Assembly: GCA_963664705.1 (NCBI GenBank)
Contig: OY761556.1
Coordinates: 6,528,001 to 6,592,000, forward strand
Origin: Acidobacteriota bacterium
GTDB lineage: Bacteria > Acidobacteriota > UBA6911
Direction: 5' to 3'
DNA length: 64,000 bases
Shown here one piece after another: positions 30,477 to 38,256 of this stretch (position 1 is the first letter of the stretch; every line of letters begins with the position of its first letter). A program made the position numbers and the translations under genes. The notes under the pieces were generated by a model that saw only the letters and a list, made by a program, of their open reading frames with translations, had not been told where the DNA came from and did no database searches.

Positions 30477-30575
30477 GATCGGTCTCCTCATGTTTTATGG
30501 CTCTGCAGCTTCGTCACCACGACTTCAGCTGTAACCCACGATATTACATGCTAGAGACCGATCACTCCATTATGT

Positions 30576-30897
30576 CTACAATCTGCCGCGCCTCCGGCGC
30601 TGACATGATTGCGATTCCAAGTACTCAGGGCAAATAGTGTGCAGCATCAGCCGGGATGGCGGCGTCCCCAGCATGTACTTCAAAAAAATTCCGCTGCACC
30701 TCGCTGTGCCAAGGCTGGATCCGCTAGTTAGCGCTGCAGCTGCATGATAATTGTTCTGAGCTCTGCGACGCGAGCGAAGCGCCAGGCCCGGAGGGCCGAA
30801 AGCAAGTAGCCAGCGCAGCGAACCCCTGGATTGGATTAAGCCTGTAACCAGCCCTGAAGGGGCGAAAGAAAACATCGGGAAAAATTAACTGGCATTA
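30576..30897. repeat. Right part of the interrupted REP plus a further family-A half ending in TGGCATTA
   Basis: CTACAATCTGCCGCGCCTCCGGCGCT...; GCGCAGCGAACCCCTGG...GCCCTGAAGGGGCGAAAGAA. Confidence 0.75.
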
Positions 30898-31013
30898 GCT
30901 ATCTTGCCGGCAAGGGGCGTGGCTGCTTGCATGGTGCTGACGCTGCGTTTGCGATTTTGTGTAATTTTGCGTTGGTGGTTGTAGGGATTCTGTTACAATC
31001 ACGGGAACGCTGC

Positions 31014-31112
31014 GGAGGTGAATCTGGCCTGGTGGCTGGCCTGGACTTCAAATCCAGTTGTGGTTTACCGGAAGGTAGGCTAGGTGGGTTCGATTCCCAT
31101 GCACCTCCGCCA
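31014..31112 (+). tRNA. selC: tRNA-Sec (anticodon UCA)
   Basis: CTGGA-CTTCAAA-TCCAG anticodon arm, 6-bp D stem with 4-nt loop, 9-bp variable arm, GGTTCGATTCC T loop, G73 and encoded CCA. Confidence 0.95.
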
Positions 31113-31230
31113 CATTTGCTCCCGATCCCTGTTTGCTAAATCGCGCAAAATATACTTGTCCTGACTGCAAACATGCCTGGGTCGGGAATGAATGCCTGTC
31201 CGGCTTCGCAACAACTTTCGCGGCTGCAGC

Positions 31231-31416
31231 TTAATAAATCCACTCGGGTTCGCAGAGACTCCCTTCGCTGGCAGCGGTTCTTCCGCAACCTTTGCATACA
31301 AACCTGGAGTCCTTGATCAGAGTCTTCAGGTCCTGCAATCCTGAGTCGGACGAAATGTCTATTTCGCAAATCAACTTATCATCCGATTGGTCCCGGTAAT
31401 TTTTCTCTTCAGACAT
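31231..31416 (-). CDS. Small hypothetical Cys-motif protein
   Basis: GGAGGT RBS; FVCKGCGRTAASEGSLCEP. Confidence 0.7.
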   Translation of the reverse strand: MSEEKNYRDQSDDKLICEIDISSDSGLQDLKTLIKDSRFVCKGCGRTAASEGSLCEPEWIY

Positions 31417-31620
31417 TGGGTACCTCCCTAAAAACGCCTCCACTCTCTGGCTGCAGGCTGCGCCAAAAACGTCATGTGAAACTAACTTTCATATAAAATA
31501 TAAAACTAACGTAGTCAATAAGTAATACTATGTAAACGCATTTCAGGTGGGCAGGCGATGGCGCTCTCTGTAAGCAGCGGGAGGTTGCTTCGTGGAAGCG
31601 GCTTAGCCTTTGTCCGCAGT

Positions 31621-31920
31621 CTAATCCAGTGAATCGCCAAAATATGCGCGGTGAGCAGGGCAACGGCATTTTTTGTCCCACGGCTCAGCACATTGCCGGA
31701 TCAGCCGCACTTTTTCTTCTCCCGCTGATTTGGCTAACGGCCCCCTGAGGCTGGACTCCGCCTCTCCGAGGAAACGGTCGTAGTAAACCTCCACCGTATA
31801 GGCGCCGCAGTCGGGGCAGAAAAAATAGGAATCAATGATTTCATCGCCCAGGATGCCGCCGGAAATCGAGGCCAGCGGCTTTCCGCTCAGCGCTTTCCCG
31901 CATTGAAGGCAAGCGATCAT
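31621..31920 (-). CDS. Hypothetical Cys-rich (probable zinc-binding) protein
   Basis: CLQC, CPDC and C...CRCPAH; purine-rich RBS. Confidence 0.7.
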   Translation of the reverse strand: MIACLQCGKALSGKPLASISGGILGDEIIDSYFFCPDCGAYTVEVYYDRFLGEAESSLRGPLAKSAGEEKVRLIRQCAEPWDKKCRCPAHRAYFGDSLD

Positions 31921-31948
31921 ACTTCCTCTTCCTTCCGGAAAAAGTTGT

Positions 31949-32590
31949 TTAGCGCTTTTCCAGCTTGAACCAGGTCATGGCGTCATAGGGTACCTTGCCC
32001 GCCGGCTTCGGACCTTTGTATTGAGGAACGTCGCGAAATCCGCCGACCAGCACTTTCTCGACGCTTGCGGCGGCAATCCTGTATCCGGAGGCAGCGAGCG
32101 GTTCATCCAGGCTGGCGGTAATTTCCCTTCTCGAAAGTATGTTTTTTACATACCTGTTGATATCCATGGATACCGGTTTCCCGCGTCTCCGGTCCCACAT
32201 CCGGTCCCGGTAGGCGTTGGCGGCCAGATACTCGCTCAGCCATGGGTATTCGATGAGGCGGCCAATGAATATCGACGTATAGGTGCCGTTCAGCTTTGGA
32301 GGATCGGCAGGTTCAAAGGCCTTTTTCAGGATGGACTGCATTTCCTCCTTCGAACAATGGCATGCGGAATCTTCCGGCTGGATCCTGAGCCGCAATGTGT
32401 GGGATTCATCATCGGCCTCGACGCGGAAGCTGCATTGGCCCGATTCCACCGACAGGATAAGCCGCTCCTGGTGGGCGGCGAATGCAGGCCAGGATTGGAA
32501 GAACAGGAAAATCGGAATACAAAGGAGCAGAAGCATAACGGCAATGAGCCTTTCCCGGGTGCGGGAAATCCAATCCGTTTCGATTTGCAT
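31949..32590 (-). CDS. Hypothetical exported protein
   Basis: Hydrophobic N-terminal segment ending AFAA; open ~210 aa; start uncertain. Confidence 0.6.
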   Translation of the reverse strand: MQIETDWISRTRERLIAVMLLLLCIPIFLFFQSWPAFAAHQERLILSVESGQCSFRVEADDESHTLRLRIQPEDSACHCSKEEMQSILKKAFEPADPPKLNGTYTSIFIGRLIEYPWLSEYLAANAYRDRMWDRRRGKPVSMDINRYVKNILSRREITASLDEPLAASGYRIAAASVEKVLVGGFRDVPQYKGPKPAGKVPYDAMTWFKLEKR

Positions 32591-32722
32591 GCCAGGATTG
32601 TTGGGCAGGCTTGTGTAACTGTCAAGCTTTCGGTTTTGAATCGCGTATAATAGCGGCAACGTGATGCCATCCACCAACATTTAGGGAAGGCGCGAGTGTC
32701 TGTAGAACAGGAGGGAACGGAT

Positions 32723-33958
32723 ATGGATGAATACGGGCAAATGACGCGGCGGTCCTTTGTTCAAATGAGCGGCGCGACGGTAGCGGCGCTCGGCATTTCA
32801 TCGACAGGGCCTGCGAATATTGCGGAGGATCCTCAATTGAAAGAGGCGATCGCCGGACTGAATTATCTGACGCCTGTCGAACGTGCATTCATCCTGGACA
32901 AAGGGAAAGCGGGGGTCGCGAAACTTCCGCCGGAGAAGATTCGGGAGATCGGCCAGGATCCGGAAACGTGGTCATTGGAAGTTATGCCTGATCCGGCCGG
33001 CAACTGCGTTGTGGAGCGGGCCTTTTCCCGCGAATCGGGAACGGCGCTGAACTGGAGCGCGCTGATGAAGCTGGCGGAGAAGCATGCCGTCCGGTTCCTG
33101 CATGTCTGCACGTGCACGAACGGCAGCGATCCTTTTCATGTGAGCCTGTGGGAAGGGATCCCCTTGCGGGAGATAGTGTGGCTGGCCGGGCCCAAAGAGA
33201 ATGTTCGCCGGGTCTCGTATGAGAGCTATCACAACGAAAACCCGACGTTTAAAAGCTCTCTATCGATGGGGCAGGTGCTGGAAACGCCGCCGGGGGTAAT
33301 GCCTGCCGTCCTTGCGTACAAAATGAATGGTCAGATTATCCCCGCCTCGCACGGCGGGCCGGTGCGGATGATCGTGCCCGGGGCATACGGCAGCAAGTCC
33401 ATCAAATGGCTCCGGCGCATTGTTTTGACCGGCGAATTCAAGGCCGCCGAAACCGATGCCGAACCTCCCTTCAACAATGATCCGGAGAATGCGCTGAAAA
33501 CGCGCGCCAGGTTTATCCATGCTCCCAAGGAAGTCTTCTCGGGAAAACCGGTTGCGATAACAGGGATGGCGCAGATCGGCATATCCGGCCTGGACAGGGT
33601 TCAGTATTGCGTGCGATCCCAAAAGGACGGATGGCCGGCCGATGATCCTTACCGATCCAGGGCGGACTGGAAGGATGCCTCGATACTGCCGCCACCGGCC
33701 GATTGGGGCGGCGGGCTCCCGGAAGGGAAACTGCCACCGACGAATCAGACGGATCCCGTGACAGGCAAGCCGCTCCAGTGGCCTCTGCCGTATACGATCG
33801 TGCATTGGGCTGCCCTGATTCCCGGGCTGGCTGCCGGCACCTACGATCTATGCTGCCGCACCATTGACAAAAACGGCATCGCCCAGCCGCTGCCTCGAAC
33901 GTTGCCGAAAACGGGATTTAACGAAATTCATACCGTGATTCTCACCGTGAAACCTTGA
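32723..33958 (+). CDS. Tat-exported molybdopterin-dependent oxidoreductase (sulfite oxidase family)
   Basis: MTRRSFV; CTCTN, WEGIPL, LAYKMNG, HGGPVRMIVPGAYGSKSIKWL. Confidence 0.85.
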   Translation: MDEYGQMTRRSFVQMSGATVAALGISSTGPANIAEDPQLKEAIAGLNYLTPVERAFILDKGKAGVAKLPPEKIREIGQDPETWSLEVMPDPAGNCVVERAFSRESGTALNWSALMKLAEKHAVRFLHVCTCTNGSDPFHVSLWEGIPLREIVWLAGPKENVRRVSYESYHNENPTFKSSLSMGQVLETPPGVMPAVLAYKMNGQIIPASHGGPVRMIVPGAYGSKSIKWLRRIVLTGEFKAAETDAEPPFNNDPENALKTRARFIHAPKEVFSGKPVAITGMAQIGISGLDRVQYCVRSQKDGWPADDPYRSRADWKDASILPPPADWGGGLPEGKLPPTNQTDPVTGKPLQWPLPYTIVHWAALIPGLAAGTYDLCCRTIDKNGIAQPLPRTLPKTGFNEIHTVILTVKP

Positions 33959-34129
33959 GGCAAAGAGCATTTTTCGGCCCGGGGCTGTGGCAAAAAGTAA
34001 ACGGGGGGACGTCCCCGATTTCGTTTTACTCTGAGTTGAGAATCCAGCAGAATAGCCTTCAAAACAATAGGTTCGGCGGCTTAGACGACCTGTATAGAGT
34101 CATCATCCAACTCGATTCAAGTAGGACCA

Positions 34130-37100
34130 ATGGACAATAACCTGATTGAAAGAGAATCCCCTCCGCGGTGGTTGATCGGTATCGTTGTGGGCGTTTTCCT
34201 GATTGTGGCAATCGGCGGTTCGCTGTTTTATCTCCAGCAGCGCGATCGAATGCGCCACCAGGTGGAAGATCAGCTTTTGACGCTTGCCCGCCTGAAAGCA
34301 AGTGAAATTGCTCAGTGGCGGGCGGCGCGTATGCACGATGCATCTGTGCTTGCGGGCGATCCATTTTTCGTCGAGACCGCCTATTCGTGGATTCAGAATC
34401 CGGATCCGAAAATCAGCCGGAAGATACTCGAGCACTTTCGCACGATCAAGTCTGAATATGGTTACTGGAATGTGCTCCTGACAGCCCCGGACGGGAGGAA
34501 CCTGCTGATCCTTGAAGGGCCGCCCGGCACGGCGCTTGGCGAAAGCGCCGCCGCATCTCTGGGAGAGGCTTTGCGCAGCAAACGCGTAGTGATGACGGAT
34601 CTGATCCCCAGCGAAGGGGTGCTCCCCGTGCGGCTGGATACGATTGCGCCTCTCACTTTGCGCTCTCCTTCCGGCGACGTTCCGTTCGGCGCGCTGGTCC
34701 TTGTCAGTAATGTCCAGGATTTTCTGTACCCGGTTATCCAGTCATGGCCGGTTCCTTCGGCAAGCTCCGAAAGCCTGGTTGTCCAGCGCGATGGCGACTC
34801 TGTTTTGTTTTTGAATGAGCTGCGTCATCGAAAGGGCACCGCGCTGAAGTTGAGGATACCGCTAAAACAGACCGATGTTGCCGCCGTGAAGGCGGTTTTG
34901 GGGCAGGAGGGGATTGTAGAGGGCCTTGATTACCGCGGCGTCAAAGTCATTGCCGCTCTTCAGCCGGTGGCGGGTCCCGGCTGGTTCCTCATCTCCAAGG
35001 TGGATGAATCGGAAGCCATGGCTACATGGCGTTTTCGATCCCTGCTCATTATCGGATTTAGCATTGCTCTCCTGATTGCTACGGCTGCCATTGTGCTGGC
35101 CGTGTGGCAGCGCCTCATGAAAGCCAGCTACCAGCTTCATCTGAAAACCGAGAAGGCGCGACAGGAGGCGGAACAGAGATATGGGACCACGCTGATGTGC
35201 ATCGGCGACGGAGTCATTGTGGCCGACCCGCTGGGGCTTGTGACCATGATGAATCCGGTAGCGGAAGGGCTTACGGGTTGGGTGCAGTCCGATGCGCAGG
35301 GGAAATCCATCGAGACTGTCTTTTCTATCTGCAATGAATATACCCGGAAGGTGGTGGATAACCCCATCCGGAAAGTCCTCGAGTGTGGCCGCACGGTAGG
35401 CCTGGCCAATCACACCATCCTGATATCCAAATCCGGTGTCGAGTATCCGATCATGGATAGCAGCGCCCCGGTCCGGGAAGCGAATGGCGACCTCATCGGA
35501 ATCGTACTGGTTTTCCGGGATCAAACCGAGGAACGCAAGGCTCAAAAGTTGCTGCAGATCGAGCACGACAACCTCAAAGCGATCTTGCGCGCTTCTCCGG
35601 TAGGGCTCCTGGTTTTTGACGAATCGGCCCGCATAACCACGGCCAGCCCCGATGCGGAGCACCTGTTCCATAAAGATCTGAGGTCGGGAGAAAATCCGCG
35701 GTGTGGCGAGTTTTTGGGCTGCTGCAATCACTTCAACTATGAGGAAGGCTGTGGAACTTCCGAGCCCTGTGCCAACTGCCTGATCAATCGTGCAATTCAG
35801 GAGGCATTGCAGGAAGGGAAGGGAGTTCACAATCAGGATTGTGTATTTGAAAAGCAGGTCGGTGAAAACAAAGAAACTCTGTTTCTGTCATTTGGGGCAG
35901 AACCGGTTGTTCTTGATGGCCGACGCCACGTCGTCGTTGCGATTCAGGATATCTCTCCGCGGCGCCAGATGGAAATTCAATTGCAGAAGAATCACGACCT
36001 GATGAACGAAGTTGGCGAAACGGCGAAAATCGGAGGATGGGAGCTGGATCCGGTTACGAGGATCGGGACCTGGACTCAGACGATGTACGATATCTTCGAG
36101 CTTCCCAAGGGACAAAAACCGGGCGTTCATGATGCGCTGTCTTTTTACCATCCGGAAGACAGGCCAAGGATTTCCGCTGCGATCAACGATGCGATATATG
36201 AAGGCAAACCTTACGATATGGAGCTCCGGTTTATCACTGCGAAGGGGAGACAGTCGTGGGTTCGATCTCAATGCAAAACCTTTTTCGAAAACGGGAAGCC
36301 CGCGCGGCTGGTTGGGATTTTGCAGGATATAACGAGCCAAAAGCAGGCTGCCCTGGAGCTGAAGGAAAAAACGGAAGAGATTGAACGCTATTTTTCCACC
36401 GCCCTCGATTTGTTCTGTATTGCGGATTGCGACGGCAGATTCAAACGCCTCAATCACGAATGGTCCAAACTCCTCGGGTATCGCCTGGAGGAAATGGAAG
36501 GCCGCTCCCTGCTGGAGTTCGTGCATCCGAATGATGTGGCGGCAACCAGGCAGGCGCTATCCGATCTGAATCAACGAAAAACCGTTCTTAATTTCGTGAA
36601 CAGATGTGCGGCGTCCAATGGATCGTGGCGCTGGCTCGAGTGGAGAGCTTCTCTGAGTGGCGGCGATATTTATGCGGCCGCCAGGAATATTACGGATCGG
36701 ATTCTTGCGGAACAACAGAATGAGAAACTTGCCCAGCAGTTGCAGCAGGCCATGAAAATGGAAGCGGTCGGGCGCCTGGCCGGCGGTGTGGCGCACGATT
36801 TCAATAATCTATTGACGGGCATTGGCGGCTATACGGATTTAATCATCTCCAATCTGGATGATGGCGATCCCCTTCTGCCCGACCTGAATGAAATCAGGAA
36901 AGCCACCGACAGTGCGGCGGCTCTTACCCGGCAGTTGCTGGCATTTTCACGCAAACAACTGATCGAGCCCAAGGTGTTGAGCTTGAATCAACTGGTATCC
37001 GGTCTTCAGAAGATGCTGCTGCGGTTGATTGGGGAGGATATCGAATTGCGGACCACGTTGAAGGAGGATTTGACCTCAGTCCTGGTTGACCCGGGGCAAT

Positions 37101-37876
37101 TTGAGCAGATTCTCGTCAATCTGGCGGTGAATGCCCGCGATGCCATGCCGAACGGCGGAAAGCTGATTATTGAGACAGCCAATGTCGCGCTGGATAACGA
37201 GTACTGTTCGATTCACCCGGATGCCAAGCCTGGACGTCACGTGATGCTGTCCGTTTCCGACACCGGATGCGGCATGAGCGAAGAGGTCAAAGCGCACGTT
37301 TTCGAGCCTTTCTTTACCACAAAACAGAAGGGGCGGGGGACGGGATTGGGATTGGCGACCATTTACGGTGTCGTCAAACAATCGGGCGGCAGTATCGAAG
37401 TGTATTCGGAGCTTGAAAAGGGGACGATATTCAGGATCTATCTGCCGGCAGTCGATGAAGTTCCGCAGCATCTCAATATCGAGAAATCCAAGGACGCATC
37501 CATGCCAAAGGGAGATGAAACGATCCTGCTGGTGGAAGACGAGAAGATCGTGCGGGATCTTGCGGCCAAGCTGCTGAAACGCCTGAATTACAATGTCCTG
37601 TATGCCTCGAACGGAGAGGAAGCGCTCGAAATCGCACGGAATCATGAAGGGGTGATTGACCTGATGATTACCGATGTGGTCATGCCCGGAATGAATGGCC
37701 GTGAGCTGGCCGATCATTTGCTGCAGGTCAGGCCCGAAATCAAAGTCCTGTTCTGCTCCGGGTATACGGAGAATGCCATTGCCCACCATGGAATCATTGA
37801 TAGAGGGCTGAATTTTATAGGGAAGCCATATTCTTCGAACGATCTGGCGAAGAAAATACGTCAGCTGCTGGAATAG
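34130..37876 (+). CDS. Membrane hybrid sensor kinase (Cache-like, multiple PAS, HisKA, HATPase, receiver)
   Basis: 2 TM segments; [42 protein letters not shown]. Confidence 0.92.
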   Translation: MDNNLIERESPPRWLIGIVVGVFLIVAIGGSLFYLQQRDRMRHQVEDQLLTLARLKASEIAQWRAARMHDASVLAGDPFFVETAYSWIQNPDPKISRKILEHFRTIKSEYGYWNVLLTAPDGRNLLILEGPPGTALGESAAASLGEALRSKRVVMTDLIPSEGVLPVRLDTIAPLTLRSPSGDVPFGALVLVSNVQDFLYPVIQSWPVPSASSESLVVQRDGDSVLFLNELRHRKGTALKLRIPLKQTDVAAVKAVLGQEGIVEGLDYRGVKVIAALQPVAGPGWFLISKVDESEAMATWRFRSLLIIGFSIALLIATAAIVLAVWQRLMKASYQLHLKTEKARQEAEQRYGTTLMCIGDGVIVADPLGLVTMMNPVAEGLTGWVQSDAQGKSIETVFSICNEYTRKVVDNPIRKVLECGRTVGLANHTILISKSGVEYPIMDSSAPVREANGDLIGIVLVFRDQTEERKAQKLLQIEHDNLKAILRASPVGLLVFDESARITTASPDAEHLFHKDLRSGENPRCGEFLGCCNHFNYEEGCGTSEPCANCLINRAIQEALQEGKGVHNQDCVFEKQVGENKETLFLSFGAEPVVLDGRRHVVVAIQDISPRRQMEIQLQKNHDLMNEVGETAKIGGWELDPVTRIGTWTQTMYDIFELPKGQKPGVHDALSFYHPEDRPRISAAINDAIYEGKPYDMELRFITAKGRQSWVRSQCKTFFENGKPARLVGILQDITSQKQAALELKEKTEEIERYFSTALDLFCIADCDGRFKRLNHEWSKLLGYRLEEMEGRSLLEFVHPNDVAATRQALSDLNQRKTVLNFVNRCAASNGSWRWLEWRASLSGGDIYAAARNITDRILAEQQNEKLAQQLQQAMKMEAVGRLAGGVAHDFNNLLTGIGGYTDLIISNLDDGDPLLPDLNEIRKATDSAAALTRQLLAFSRKQLIEPKVLSLNQLVSGLQKMLLRLIGEDIELRTTLKEDLTSVLVDPGQFEQILVNLAVNARDAMPNGGKLIIETANVALDNEYCSIHPDAKPGRHVMLSVSDTGCGMSEEVKAHVFEPFFTTKQKGRGTGLGLATIYGVVKQSGGSIEVYSELEKGTIFRIYLPAVDEVPQHLNIEKSKDASMPKGDETILLVEDEKIVRDLAAKLLKRLNYNVLYASNGEEALEIARNHEGVIDLMITDVVMPGMNGRELADHLLQVRPEIKVLFCSGYTENAIAHHGIIDRGLNFIGKPYSSNDLAKKIRQLLE

Positions 37877-37913
37877 GATTTTGCATTCGGTTATGTTCGC
37901 GGCAATGCTGCCT

Positions 37914-38098
37914 TCGGAGGGCGGTGGCTTGCCACCGCCTTCTGCTGACATGGTTTTCAAAGGCGGCAGCAAGCGGCCGCACTCCAAGGTTCAGTGGCAA
38001 GCACAGCGCCGAAGGCGCGCCAGAAAGTAGCCCGGGGTGAGCGCAGCGAACCCCTGGAAAAAGATCAGGAAAGACGGAGCCCCGGCAGAGGCGAAAGT
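37914..38098. repeat. REP cluster: GGAGGGCGGTGGCTTGCCACCGC/GCGGCAGCAAGCGGCCGCACTCC pair plus a family-A half
   Basis: Palindromes between convergent kinase genes. Confidence 0.7.
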
Positions 38099-38256
38099 AT
38101 TGTTCGCCCAAAACAAGAGTTGTTCATTGCGGAACACTTCGGGAAGAACTATTCTCCATCGGGCCTCCGGCCCTCACTACCCAATCCGAAGACTGAATTA
38201 GTCAGCATATTTCGGATCGTGCGATGACTGGATCCGTTATTTGTCAGCGAAGCCGG

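Larger units (their letters stand above)
29036..30575 (-). mobile_element. Complete IS110-family insertion sequence, IS1111 type
   Basis: Perfect 15-bp subterminal IRs ATGGAGTGATCGGTC (29039-29053 and 30556-30570); CT core on both sides (29034-35, 30576-77); removing the element restores a family-A REP; visibly more AT-rich than its neighbours. Confidence 0.93.

Noticed and set aside
28938-30897. Composite transposon with a target-site duplication
   Set aside because: No direct repeats flank the TAATGCCA ends, and the only transposase present belongs to the inner IS110.
31085-31112. Integrative island at tRNA-Sec
   Set aside because: No integrase and no duplicate of the tRNA 3' end seen in the window; the partial match near 48425 is inside a gene.
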